Of a DNA stretch of 64,000 nt, positions 1 to 10,005 are shown piece by piece. The stretch lies in sequence record DRR723986_637, one strand, 5' to 3'. Every line of letters begins with the position of its first letter. Within the stretch, counting starts at the first letter, position 1. The translations under genes and the position numbers were made by a program. The notes beneath the pieces are model-generated. The model had not been told where the DNA came from, did not search any database, and worked only from the letters and a program-made list of their open reading frames with translations.

Positions 1-30
1 AAAAGCCTTCTTATATAAGAAGGCTTTTTT
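1..30. terminator. Rho-independent terminator-like hairpin downstream of the barrel gene
   Basis: AAAAGCCTTCTTA-TA-TAAGAAGGCTTTT inverted repeat with A and T tracts, about 20 nt past the stop at 52. Confidence 0.8.
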
Positions 31-51
31 GTAATATAAAGAATTAGTATT

Positions 52-2832
52 TTACAATGTATATGTTAACCTAAACGTAATAAAACGCGGCTGCACAAAG
101 GTCTCTGAAGTGAAAACTGAGATATTACCAGCTCCGTTATTAATGTTAGAATCTATATCTAATAAATTAGAGGCTCGAAGTGAATATTCCCATTTGGCAT
201 CTCTATTTTTTCTGTAACGCAAAGATGCATCCCAAGTTTTAAAAGCTTCTGTCTGACCATTACTTTCTTGTTCTGTATAAGAAAAATCTGTAATAAACGT
301 TAATGAATCCCATATATAAGCATCAAACTCTATAGATGGTGCTCTGGTTATAAATTTTGTGGTATTAGACCCTTGGTCATTATTAGTTATAGTATAACCA
401 TAGCGTAATCTTACATTAGGTGCCTCTCTAAAATTAGTACGAATTTCCGGTGTATAATTCTGAGAAAACCTTTCGTTTAAAGATTGTCTATTTTGTATAA
501 ATTGGTTAAGCTTACTGTAGTTAAAATTAGCTCTAAAACTTGCTCTAATTTTACCAAATGTTCGTTGCACTCTACCAAAAACGGTTGCACTTTCGTCAGC
601 AAATTGGGAATTAAAAAATGTGCTTGTTCTAATAACGCTTTCAAAGTTTGTTAATGACCTAATTTGATCTATGTTTTTACTATAGTTAACACCTGCAAAT
701 ACATTTGTATAATTAAAAAGATTAAAACTGCTGTAGAATAACCTAACGTTATGCGATAATGCGTTCTGCAATTCAGGGTTACCAAACTGTATACTATTGA
801 AGTTGTTTAACACCAACCCTTGAGCAATATTTGTAACATCTGTGAAAGTGTTTGTCATATTATAGTTTAACTGTAAACTTTCACTCTTTTTAAACTGAAT
901 ACGCATTTCAAAATCTGGTAATACGTTAAAGAAGTTATCTTCAAAAGTCTCACCATCTTGTGTGTTTTGATTGCCATATGCATGAAAAGATACACCTGGA
1001 GTAAATGTAAATTTACCTGCTTTAAATCTGTAATGCACACCTAAATAAATATCTCTGAAACGATATTCTACATTATCATTTGAAGCGGATAAAGCGTTTC
1101 CTTCTGAATCTGGTAATGGTGTAGGATTAAATCTTGTACCATTATCTAAGAATTGAAATATATTAGAGTTAAACCTTTGATTACTAAAAATAGTACCTAG
1201 TGTTAAGTTAATATTACTCTTAGCATTTAAAATGTTGTAGTAATCTAATTTTGCATCTAACTGATTAGATTTAACACGTTGTTGTTGGTTAATATTGTAT
1301 CCCAATTGATCTTGATCAAACCCTAAACCTGCTGCTGTATTATCAAAGGCATCATTATCTGGATCTGTATTGTTTGTAGGATCATTAATTAACAGGGCAT
1401 TATAAAAAGGATCTTCATCTTTTAAAAGATGTTGTGCTTCTAATGCAAAGATGTTATTTTCATCTAACGTAAAATAATAATTCAAATTTTGATTAATACT
1501 GTATGGCTTTGCTTCATCTAATTGATCTGTATTACCGACGACTGTAGAGAATAAATCTTGTCTTTCCTGATCATCAGAAATACGTGCTAAAACATCATAA
1601 TCAATTTGGTTATTTACGTTAGGCTTGTATACAGCACTTAATTTAGCAATAGCTTGATTAGATGCTTCCCTACCGCGCTGAATTGTACCTTCATCTGGAG
1701 GTAAAGTAGCAGATTCGTCAATTGGAGTATCAGGGTCATCATCTATTTCTATATAATCAATAAAACTATCTTCTCTCGTTCTTAAACGGCTACTATTATA
1801 AATAACAAACCCACTTAAGTCTAACGCCTGATTTGGCGAATAACTAAAATTCGCTGTTGCCAACTTTGTCACAACCTCTTGTGCATTTGCTATACTAGTT
1901 AAACCACCTAAGCCATTATTACCCAAATTTATGCTTGTACCACTAGTTCTACTTGGTAGCCTAAATCCACCACCGAAACCACGTAAATCTCTATTGGTTA
2001 AGGCAACCTCACCAATATTATTCATATCACCAATAAAGTTGATACTGTATTTTGGACTGTAGTAAAATAACTTGGGCTGAAACAAATATAATTCATCATT
2101 AGGTGAAGGTGCTTGTCCTGCTCCTGCAGTTATATCACCAAACCAGAAGTTTTCTTTACCTTCTTTAAGCTTAATATTTATAGCGACATTGTCTTGGTTA
2201 TTGGTTACACTTCTTAATTGCCCAACCTCAGCATAGTTACGTAATACCTGTACTTTATCTACAGCGTTTGACGGAATATTCTTAGTAGCTAATTTTGTGT
2301 CACCATCAAAGAAATCCTTTCCGTTTACCATAAGTTTAGAAACGGTTTTACCTTCTACCTCTATTTGGCCATCTTCATTGATTTCTACGCCTGGTAATTT
2401 TTCTAATACATCCTCTAATTTACGCTCACTACCATTTTTAAATGAATCTGCATTGTAGATTAAGGTATCACCTTTTATAGTTACTGGCATTTCGTAAGTC
2501 AGCTCAACAGCATCTAAGGCATTGTCTGGCATTAAGGTAAAATCTCTATTAATATTTTCTTCAGCAGTTGTTATTATCTGCTCAAAAGTTTTTAAACCAA
2601 TGTAACTGACCTGTAATTTGTACTTTCCGTTTTTACCAAGCGATAAAACATATTTACCTTTGTCATTGGTCACCGCAAAAGATTCTAACGCACTCGTTTC
2701 TTGATTAATTGCAATAACGTTGGCTAACTCTAGTGGAGTACCAATACTGTCTTTTACAACTCCCTGCATTTTAACTTGAGCAAAAGAGTGGGTTGCCACT
2801 ACTACAAAAAGCAGCATTAATAATTTTTTCAT
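52..2832 (-). CDS. TonB-dependent-receptor-like outer-membrane beta-barrel with N-terminal carboxypeptidase-regulatory-like domain
   Basis: Signal peptide; GVVKDSIGTPLELANV and LQVSYIG (CarboxypepD_reg-like); plug-like LEDVLEKLPGVEI and VNGKDFF; amphipathic strands ending FRLTYTL. Confidence 0.8.
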   Translation of the reverse strand: MKKLLMLLFVVVATHSFAQVKMQGVVKDSIGTPLELANVIAINQETSALESFAVTNDKGKYVLSLGKNGKYKLQVSYIGLKTFEQIITTAEENINRDFTLMPDNALDAVELTYEMPVTIKGDTLIYNADSFKNGSERKLEDVLEKLPGVEINEDGQIEVEGKTVSKLMVNGKDFFDGDTKLATKNIPSNAVDKVQVLRNYAEVGQLRSVTNNQDNVAINIKLKEGKENFWFGDITAGAGQAPSPNDELYLFQPKLFYYSPKYSINFIGDMNNIGEVALTNRDLRGFGGGFRLPSRTSGTSINLGNNGLGGLTSIANAQEVVTKLATANFSYSPNQALDLSGFVIYNSSRLRTREDSFIDYIEIDDDPDTPIDESATLPPDEGTIQRGREASNQAIAKLSAVYKPNVNNQIDYDVLARISDDQERQDLFSTVVGNTDQLDEAKPYSINQNLNYYFTLDENNIFALEAQHLLKDEDPFYNALLINDPTNNTDPDNDAFDNTAAGLGFDQDQLGYNINQQQRVKSNQLDAKLDYYNILNAKSNINLTLGTIFSNQRFNSNIFQFLDNGTRFNPTPLPDSEGNALSASNDNVEYRFRDIYLGVHYRFKAGKFTFTPGVSFHAYGNQNTQDGETFEDNFFNVLPDFEMRIQFKKSESLQLNYNMTNTFTDVTNIAQGLVLNNFNSIQFGNPELQNALSHNVRLFYSSFNLFNYTNVFAGVNYSKNIDQIRSLTNFESVIRTSTFFNSQFADESATVFGRVQRTFGKIRASFRANFNYSKLNQFIQNRQSLNERFSQNYTPEIRTNFREAPNVRLRYGYTITNNDQGSNTTKFITRAPSIEFDAYIWDSLTFITDFSYTEQESNGQTEAFKTWDASLRYRKNRDAKWEYSLRASNLLDIDSNINNGAGNISVFTSETFVQPRFITFRLTYTL

Positions 2833-2903
2833 GTTTTTGATTGTTTTTCTTTTGGTTGGTAATTGAAGTTAATTAGCTCCAATTATTTGCTTTGGTCTAC
2901 AAA

Positions 2904-3815
2904 TTAGTTTCTACCTCTACCTCTGCCACGACCTCTACCGCCATACATCTCTCTCATTTCTTCCATTTTCTTGGTAATGATTTCAGTGTATTCTTCTTGT
3001 GTTACTTCATCACCTTTTTCTGGCTTTTCGATCTCCTCTTTTTCTTCAGGATTTATCACAATTTTAGTACAAAGTATTGTTGTACGATCTGCATTTACTT
3101 CTAATATTAATCCAGGTAAACCCCAATAATCATCTGGCCCTTGGTTGATAGGAATTTGTGGAGTATACCATGCCACAACTTCAATTGTATCTGGTATTTC
3201 TATTTCGCTCATAGGATCATCTGACTTTACATCAGCGTCGTCACCAGTTTTTGTAGAATCTTTTGTCTTTTCAGCATCTTTCTTTTCATCACTATCTCCT
3301 CCTCTACGTCTCATACTTCTCCAATCGGTCTTATCTACTTTTTTAATAGCTGTAGCTTTAAAACAAGTATATTGCCCAATTCGTTTGGTCTCTGTGCCCA
3401 TCTTCCACTCTAGACCTTTCAATTCATCCTTTATTAAGAATTGCTTTCCGAAAAATTCTTGTTCTTGTAAAACTTCTTTTGTTTTTACATTCTTATATTT
3501 TGGACCACCTGTAAAACTGCTTCCCATGCCTCCCCAGCCTCTAACAGATCCTGGAGCTTCAAGCTTTTCATCTTCTTTATATATAGACTCAGACTTATTG
3601 AATGTTAAAATGTACTCTTTTTCTAAAAAGCTTTTCATTCTTTCTTCAATACGTTTTTTCTGCTCTGGACTCATTTGTCGACCTCCCCATTGATCTAAAT
3701 CCATGGTTGTTTTTGTCTGGTAATAAGCTTTACCTTGAAACTCTTGTGCAAAAGACGCTGTTGTCGTAAATGCCAATACAAAAAGAGTAACGAGTTTTAA
3801 TAATGGTGATTTCAT
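2904..3815 (-). CDS. GLPGLI family protein
   Basis: Signal peptide; AWYTPQIP..QGPDDYWGLPGLILEV motif; RG-rich C-terminal tail. Confidence 0.92.
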   Translation of the reverse strand: MKSPLLKLVTLFVLAFTTTASFAQEFQGKAYYQTKTTMDLDQWGGRQMSPEQKKRIEERMKSFLEKEYILTFNKSESIYKEDEKLEAPGSVRGWGGMGSSFTGGPKYKNVKTKEVLQEQEFFGKQFLIKDELKGLEWKMGTETKRIGQYTCFKATAIKKVDKTDWRSMRRRGGDSDEKKDAEKTKDSTKTGDDADVKSDDPMSEIEIPDTIEVVAWYTPQIPINQGPDDYWGLPGLILEVNADRTTILCTKIVINPEEKEEIEKPEKGDEVTQEEYTEIITKKMEEMREMYGGRGRGRGRGRN

Positions 3816-3958
3816 CTTTAAGTTTTAATATTGAAAAATTTATCTAGAATTTTAAGTCTATAAATCAACTGATTTCATTTTCAATATGATTAATAATCTA
3901 TAAGACTACAAAAGAAACAGAAAGTTAAGTCTACATAAGTTAAACTTCTGTTAATAAA

Positions 3959-4816
3959 TTAACCTCTTCGTCTACCACGATTATTACGAAATTCTTGCAT
4001 TTTTTCTGCAATGGTTTCTTGATACTCCATTTTTGTTACAACTTTACCTTTGTCTGGTGCTTCTATCTCTGCCTTTTCTTCAGGATTCATCACTATTTTA
4101 GAACATAGCATGGTAGTGTTACCTGCACTTACTTCTAAAATTAAACCTGGTAGTCCCCAATACTCTGAAGGACCGTGTCTAACAGGTATTTGAGTAGTAT
4201 ACCAAGCTTCTACATCTGTCATGTCTACAGTAGGCTCTTCTTCAATTTCATTTCCTAATGAATCTTTTTTAACTTCTGTTTGTCTTCTCAATTTTGCCCA
4301 TGAGAAGTTATACCATGTTAACTCATCTGTAGGTATAGAAGCTGTTGCTTTAAAGCACATATAGTTTCCTATTTGCTTAGATTCTTTACCCAATTTCCAT
4401 TCTATTGGTTGTAATTTATCTTTTACTAAAAACTGCTTACCGTAAAATTCCTGACTTTGAATCTGAGAATTATCCTTTACATTTTTGTATTGAAAACCTG
4501 GTGAAAAGTTTTTTCCCCAAGAATCAGTTGCTCCTGACATAGCATCTAATTTCTCATCTTCGTAAAATGTTGATTCCTCTTTATTAAAAGTTAGAATATA
4601 TTCTTTCTCCAGTCTATTCTTCATTCTTGCCATAACTTGCTTTTTCTGAGCTTCGCTCATTCTAGCTCCCCAACGGCCTAAATCCATAGTGGCTTTAGAA
4701 ATATAAACTGCTTGTCCTTGAAATTCTTGTTTTGCTGTATCAACTATTTCATTTTCACTAAAAGAGAAAACTACAGCAACTATTAAAAAACTGATTTTAA
4801 AAAAGATTGATTTCAT
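3959..4816 (-). CDS. GLPGLI family protein
   Basis: AWYTTQIPVRHGPSEYWGLPGLILEV; N-terminal hydrophobic signal. Confidence 0.92.
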   Translation of the reverse strand: MKSIFFKISFLIVAVVFSFSENEIVDTAKQEFQGQAVYISKATMDLGRWGARMSEAQKKQVMARMKNRLEKEYILTFNKEESTFYEDEKLDAMSGATDSWGKNFSPGFQYKNVKDNSQIQSQEFYGKQFLVKDKLQPIEWKLGKESKQIGNYMCFKATASIPTDELTWYNFSWAKLRRQTEVKKDSLGNEIEEEPTVDMTDVEAWYTTQIPVRHGPSEYWGLPGLILEVSAGNTTMLCSKIVMNPEEKAEIEAPDKGKVVTKMEYQETIAEKMQEFRNNRGRRRG

Positions 4817-4847
4817 AACTATGATTGTCTTAGATTATTTTGTTTAA

Positions 4848-4855
4848 CAAATTTA
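4848..4855 (-). promoter_or_regulatory. Bacteroidota sigma-A -7 element (TAAATTTG) for the middle GLPGLI gene
   Basis: Matches TAnnTTTG on the minus strand about 30 nt upstream of the ATG at 4816. Confidence 0.5.
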
Positions 4856-4955
4856 TTATTTTATTAAACATAACAATTGTGTTTATCATAATATTAACAG
4901 ACCAAAACGGCTTCAAATTGAATGAATTAGGTATTAAAAACCCTTAAACAAACCA

Positions 4956-5813
4956 TCAACCTCCTATTGTGATAGATATACTTTCTCCTTCACGACCCTT
5001 TCTTGGTCTAAACCGTTCCATCATTTCCTTAGCCTTCTTCTCCATAATCTCGTCGTATTTGGCTTGATTAACTTCTTTGCCTTTTGTAGGCTCCTCAATT
5101 TTAACTTTATTCTCTGGATTTATCACTATTTTACTACAGATTATGGTTAATTTACCATCGTACACTTCTAAAATTAAACCAGGTAATCCTTGGTATTGAG
5201 CAGGTCCATTATTTACTGGTATTTGCGGAGTATACCAAGCTGTTACTGTACGCTCTTCCATTTCAGGTTCTTTTTCTTCTTGATCTTCCTTTTTTTCATT
5301 ATCAAACTCTACAATCTCTCTTGGCTTTTCTACCATCTTGGTGTATGTAGCTTTAAAGCATTGATATTCTCCTATATATTTTGTCTCAGATCCTAGTTTC
5401 CATTCGATTTGATTGATACTATCTTTAACTAAGAAGATTTTTCCCATGGTATCTTTTAGGTCTGAGAAACGATTTTCCTTAGTGTTTTTATACAACACAT
5501 CAGATCCTCCTCCATTTCCTACCATTACTACTTGGAAATCTCCACCCATTGGTGCTTGTGGTTTTTCTAGCTCTTCCTCTTCCTTGTAAAGCGATTCTTC
5601 TTTATTAAAAGTGAGTTTAAAAGTTTTCTGAAACTGTTTTTTCATCATTTCCATCATTCTAGTATGCATTTCAGAATTCATCTGAGTGCTATCTATTTTA
5701 ATGTTAATTTGCCGTTGCGTTTTGTACGTTGCGACTCCCTGAAAGTCTTGTGCACTAACAGCAGACACAGCCACTGTTAATGCCAAAACTATAACTCTAA
5801 TAATTGTTGTCAT
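4956..5813 (-). CDS. GLPGLI family protein
   Basis: Signal peptide; AWYTPQIPVNNGPAQYQGLPGLILEV. Confidence 0.92.
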   Translation of the reverse strand: MTTIIRVIVLALTVAVSAVSAQDFQGVATYKTQRQINIKIDSTQMNSEMHTRMMEMMKKQFQKTFKLTFNKEESLYKEEEELEKPQAPMGGDFQVVMVGNGGGSDVLYKNTKENRFSDLKDTMGKIFLVKDSINQIEWKLGSETKYIGEYQCFKATYTKMVEKPREIVEFDNEKKEDQEEKEPEMEERTVTAWYTPQIPVNNGPAQYQGLPGLILEVYDGKLTIICSKIVINPENKVKIEEPTKGKEVNQAKYDEIMEKKAKEMMERFRPRKGREGESISITIGG

Positions 5814-5825
5814 TTGATTGAATAT

Positions 5826-6197
5826 TTAGTTTTTACTATTGTAATATTTGATTGCTGAAGTTCTTATTTTTTCAACACTTTTCAAAAAGTCATCACTATT
5901 GTTAGAATTTCCCTCTACTTTATATGACATAGACGATTTTATTCCATTAGACATATAATTGCCTCTGCATACAATTTTAAATGAAACTGTTTCATTATCT
6001 TCTGATAAATCTAATAACTCTTCAATATCATTTAGAGTAAATGACGACTCTAACTCTTCAGCAGAATCTACAGTTATGACTACAGCCATATTTTCTACTT
6101 TGACTGTTTTAGTTATTTCGGCTTCTTCTTTAATTGTTGTTTGACTAAATCCTGTAACAAATATTAATAAGGCTAAAGATGTGATTACATTTTTCAT
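5826..6197 (-). CDS. Small secreted hypothetical protein, first gene of the GLPGLI cluster
   Basis: Signal peptide MKNVITSLALLIFVTGFSQ; 12 nt gap to the next gene. Confidence 0.75.
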   Translation of the reverse strand: MKNVITSLALLIFVTGFSQTTIKEEAEITKTVKVENMAVVITVDSAEELESSFTLNDIEELLDLSEDNETVSFKIVCRGNYMSNGIKSSMSYKVEGNSNNSDDFLKSVEKIRTSAIKYYNSKN

Positions 6198-6258
6198 AAT
6201 TTTTCTGGTTTAAATGATTAATATGTCACAAATATCTGAACAGAATTTCTCGTTTTGA

Positions 6259-6284
6259 GTTAACTAGTGTTAACGTGTGTTAAC
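6259..6284. promoter_or_regulatory. Triple GTTAAC repeat at 10-bp period, candidate response-regulator binding site
   Basis: GTTAAC at 6259, 6269 and 6279 in the divergent intergenic region. Confidence 0.6.
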
Positions 6285-6312
6285 CGATTGGTCTTAATAT
6301 GATTTTAACGAT

Positions 6313-6320
6313 TACTTTTG
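6313..6320 (+). promoter_or_regulatory. -7 promoter element TACTTTTG for the two-component operon
   Basis: Exact TAnnTTTG match ending 4 nt before the ATG at 6325. Confidence 0.6.
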
Positions 6321-6324
6321 AAGT

Positions 6325-7860
6325 ATGAATGATAAACGCTACAAATGGATTCTCTACACTATTATAATGGTAATAATTGCCACTATAGGTATACAGATCT
6401 ATTGGAATTATAAGAACTATCAGACCAATAAGCAACAGCTCATCAACGATGTGCAGACCAGCTTAGACAAGGCTGTAGATGATTATTATGCCGCTTTGGC
6501 AGAACGCACAACTGTGGGTATTTTTCTAGAAGGTGACCAACAAAAAAACCCACTTGAAGAGGGTGGTAAAATTGATAAATTTATACAAAGTATAGACTCA
6601 AATAAAAATGAGTTTAGAGATGTAGACTCTTTAGACATTAGTGATATTGAAGGTATTACAGTCTTAAAAGGATTTAAGGTAGATTCTATGTCTAGTCTAC
6701 GTGACAAATTACACCCACCAACGACAAAGGCTAATTTTAAGAAACGAATTGATAGTCTCAAAGCGACTAACATTGAGTTTGATATGAATAGTATTGAAAT
6801 GCTAACCTCAAAAATCGTGATTTCAATCAGTAACGACAAACTTAATATTAAAGAGGTAGATAGTTTCTTGACTACTGAATTAAACAGAAAAAATATTGAA
6901 TTAACACGGAAATTAGAGTTTTATGAGTCTGACACTGTGGAAGAACTCACTCATCAATTTGATTCCCTGATACTTAATAAGGAAAAACCAAAAAACTTAA
7001 GTTTAAGTACAACTTCTAAATCAACTTTTTTACCAAAAGGAAGTAAGCTTCAATTACATTTCTCGGATGAAACTTTATTGGTTTTAAAGCGAGGTTTTAG
7101 CGGTATTTTAATTTCTTCACTTTTAGTAATTGCAGTAATTAGTTGCTTGTTTTATTTACTTAAAATCATAAAACATCAAAAGCAGTTAGCTGAGGTAAAA
7201 AATGATCTGATTAGCAATATAACACACGAGTTTAAAACACCAATTGCTACTATTGGAGTAGCACTAGAAAGCATTAATAGCTTTAATGCTATTGAAGATA
7301 AAGAAAAAACTAAGAAATATATTAGCATGTCTTCTGAGCAGTTAGATAAACTTAATATTATGGTTGAAAAACTGCTCGAAACTGCAACACTTGATAGTGA
7401 CAATTTAGAGCTTAATAAAGAATCTATCGATATTGTAGACTTATTAAATGCCTTAACAAGTCGCTATAAAATTCAGTATCCAGAAAAACAATTTGATTCA
7501 AGTTTTAAAGTTGATGCCTTAATGGTAAATGTTGATGTTTTTCATTTTGAAAATGCACTAAATAATATTTTAGACAATGCCGTAAAGTATGGTGGCAATC
7601 TCGTTTCAATAGACTTAGTACCAAAAGACAAAAGTTTTGAAATTCTTATTTCAGACAATGGTAATGATTTAACAAAATCAAATAAGGAACGTATTTTTGA
7701 AAAATTTTACAGAGTGCCAAAAGGCAACACCCACGATGTTAAAGGCTTTGGAATTGGTTTATATTATACAAAAACAATAATAGAAAAACACAACGGATCA
7801 ATTGATGTTGAGTTACTAAACAATTTAACCACTTTTAAAATTACACTACCTAATGGCTGA
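6325..7860 (+). CDS. Membrane sensor histidine kinase
   Basis: Two TM segments around a periplasmic domain; H-box ITHEFKTP; N box NILDNAVKY; G boxes DNG and GFGIGL. Confidence 0.95.
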   Translation: MNDKRYKWILYTIIMVIIATIGIQIYWNYKNYQTNKQQLINDVQTSLDKAVDDYYAALAERTTVGIFLEGDQQKNPLEEGGKIDKFIQSIDSNKNEFRDVDSLDISDIEGITVLKGFKVDSMSSLRDKLHPPTTKANFKKRIDSLKATNIEFDMNSIEMLTSKIVISISNDKLNIKEVDSFLTTELNRKNIELTRKLEFYESDTVEELTHQFDSLILNKEKPKNLSLSTTSKSTFLPKGSKLQLHFSDETLLVLKRGFSGILISSLLVIAVISCLFYLLKIIKHQKQLAEVKNDLISNITHEFKTPIATIGVALESINSFNAIEDKEKTKKYISMSSEQLDKLNIMVEKLLETATLDSDNLELNKESIDIVDLLNALTSRYKIQYPEKQFDSSFKVDALMVNVDVFHFENALNNILDNAVKYGGNLVSIDLVPKDKSFEILISDNGNDLTKSNKERIFEKFYRVPKGNTHDVKGFGIGLYYTKTIIEKHNGSIDVELLNNLTTFKITLPNG

Positions 7861-8536
7861 TAAAATAAAACTATTATTAGCCGAAGATGAGTCGGCTTTA
7901 GGGCAAATAATAAAAGAAAGTTTAGAGACCAGAGATTTTGATGTTATTCTTTGCGAAAATGGCGAAAGAGCTTTTGAAAAGTATAAGAGTGAACATCCGG
8001 ATTTATTGGTTTTAGATGTTATGATGCCAAAAAAAGATGGTTTTACTTTAGCTAAAGAAATTAGAACTTTAGATGACACCATTCCTATAATATTTTTAAC
8101 TGCCAAATCTCTGACTGCAGATGTGGTAGAAGGGTTTTCTATTGGAGGAAATGACTATTTAAAAAAGCCATTTAGTATGGAAGAATTAATAGTTAGAATC
8201 CATAATTTACTCAATCGAAGTAGAGCACAAAAAAAGAGCAAGGTCTTAGAAATTGGAGATTATCAATTCGATTTCCCTAAACAGCAGTTGCAGTATCAAA
8301 ACGAACCACCTACTCAATTAACTCATAGAGAAGCACATTTACTTTTTCACCTTATTAATAACAAAAATGAGGTTTTAGACAGATCTTTAATATTAAATAA
8401 GCTTTGGGGAACAGACGATTTTTTCTCAGCCAGAAGTATGGATGTTTTCATTACTAAACTTCGTAAAAAACTAAAAAAAGATTCTCAAATACAGATAATA
8501 AATGTTAGAGGGTTTGGCTATAAACTCAATGTCTAA
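7853..8536 (+). CDS. OmpR/PhoB-family response regulator
   Basis: Receiver LLAEDE..LDVMMP..KPF; winged helix ending SMDVFITKLRKKL..INVRGFGYKL; overlaps the kinase stop. Confidence 0.95.
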   Translation: MADKIKLLLAEDESALGQIIKESLETRDFDVILCENGERAFEKYKSEHPDLLVLDVMMPKKDGFTLAKEIRTLDDTIPIIFLTAKSLTADVVEGFSIGGNDYLKKPFSMEELIVRIHNLLNRSRAQKKSKVLEIGDYQFDFPKQQLQYQNEPPTQLTHREAHLLFHLINNKNEVLDRSLILNKLWGTDDFFSARSMDVFITKLRKKLKKDSQIQIINVRGFGYKLNV

Positions 8537-8604
8537 GAATATATTTCAATTAGAGAGTTTCGATAATTATAAAATGGTTCAATTTTTGTATTTTTCTAAA
8601 TTCT

Positions 8605-9387
8605 ATGCACAAACTGTATTACATTATTTTCCTTTTAGGATTTACTTGTTATAGTCAAGAACAAGTAAAAGCAACTTTAAAAGATTCAACGGCATTAAAT
8701 GCCAAGGACATCTTTGGAGTTGATACATTTGGCACTTTATACTACACTACAGAAGATTATACGTTTTACAAAAAGACTCAAGATACTACCATTACCTATA
8801 CTAATTATCAACTTAATGAGATAACTAGTGCTAATGCATTTAATCCATTAAAAATTAATTTGTTTTATCGCGATTTTAATACAATTATCATTTTAGATAA
8901 TCGATTAGCAGAAATATTTAAAATAGATTTTAATACGGTTCAGCCTTATAAAAATGTAAGTTTTGTATCCACAGGATTTGATAACACGCTCTGGATCTTT
9001 AATCAAGATTTACAACAATTAGAACTATATGATTATAAGAGCAATAAAGTGAGATTAAAAACAGTACCCATTCAATCTCAGATTTTAGACCTTAAAAGTG
9101 ACTATAATTATTGTTATATGCTCACTGAAAACTTCCTCTACATTTACAATTATTTTGGTAGTTTGGTAAGTAAACACAAAAACGAGGGCTTTGATTCTAT
9201 GGCCTTTAGCAAAGCTCATTTGGTATTAAAGAGTGAAGATCAACTCTTTTTATTACCAAAAAATAAAACCGAAATACTATCTATTAAACACCCAAATTTG
9301 TTAATAAATCAGTTTTTGGTAACCAATGAAACCTTGTATATTTACGACGACGAAATGCTACGTCAATACCAATTAAAACTAGAATAG
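8605..9387 (+). CDS. Secreted hypothetical protein, beta-rich and possibly propeller-like
   Basis: Signal peptide; repeated short beta-strand patterns; 3 nt gap to the kinase gene. Confidence 0.7.
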   Translation: MHKLYYIIFLLGFTCYSQEQVKATLKDSTALNAKDIFGVDTFGTLYYTTEDYTFYKKTQDTTITYTNYQLNEITSANAFNPLKINLFYRDFNTIIILDNRLAEIFKIDFNTVQPYKNVSFVSTGFDNTLWIFNQDLQQLELYDYKSNKVRLKTVPIQSQILDLKSDYNYCYMLTENFLYIYNYFGSLVSKHKNEGFDSMAFSKAHLVLKSEDQLFLLPKNKTEILSIKHPNLLINQFLVTNETLYIYDDEMLRQYQLKLE

Positions 9388-9390
9388 ATT

Positions 9391-10005
9391 ATGCATGTTG
9401 CTGTTGCAGGAAATATAGGAGCCGGAAAAACAACTCTAACAAAACTATTAGCTAAACATTACAAATGGGAAGCTCAACTAGAAGATGTTGTAGACAACCC
9501 TTATTTAGATGATTTTTATAATCAAATGGAACGTTGGAGTTTTAATCTACAGGTATATTTCTTAAATAGTAGGTTTCGCCAAGTTAACCAAATTCATAGT
9601 AGTGGTAAAGACATAATTCAAGACAGAACCATTTATGAAGATGCTCATATTTTTGCACCTAACTTGCATGCCATGGGTTTGATGACAAATAGAGATTTTG
9701 AAAATTATTCGTCTTTATTTGAATTGATGGAATCCTTTGTTAAAGGGCCAGATTTATTAATTTATTTACGCAGTAGTATACCGAATTTAGTAGCTCAAAT
9801 TCATAAACGAGGTCGTGATTATGAAAATTCAATAAGTATCGATTATTTAAGTCGATTAAACGAGCGGTACGAAGCTTGGATTCACAGTTATAATAAAGGT
9901 AATCTTTTAATTATCGATGTAGATGATCTAGATTTTGTGGCAAATCCTGAAGACTTAGGTGGTATCATTAATAAAATAGACGCTCAAATAAACGGTTTAT
10001 TTTAG
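9391..10005 (+). CDS. Deoxynucleoside kinase
   Basis: P-loop GNIGAGKTT; DRTIYED; RGRDYE lid motif. Confidence 0.93.
   Translation: MHVAVAGNIGAGKTTLTKLLAKHYKWEAQLEDVVDNPYLDDFYNQMERWSFNLQVYFLNSRFRQVNQIHSSGKDIIQDRTIYEDAHIFAPNLHAMGLMTNRDFENYSSLFELMESFVKGPDLLIYLRSSIPNLVAQIHKRGRDYENSISIDYLSRLNERYEAWIHSYNKGNLLIIDVDDLDFVANPEDLGGIINKIDAQINGLF

Noticed and set aside
2892-3693. Plus-strand ORFs 2892-3104 and 3145-3693, and the other short antisense or nested ORFs in the track
   Set aside because: Shadows of well-supported genes on the opposite strand or in another frame; no motifs of their own
10002-10005. 4-nt overlap of convergent stop codons
   Set aside because: Common in compact genomes; no sign of a function
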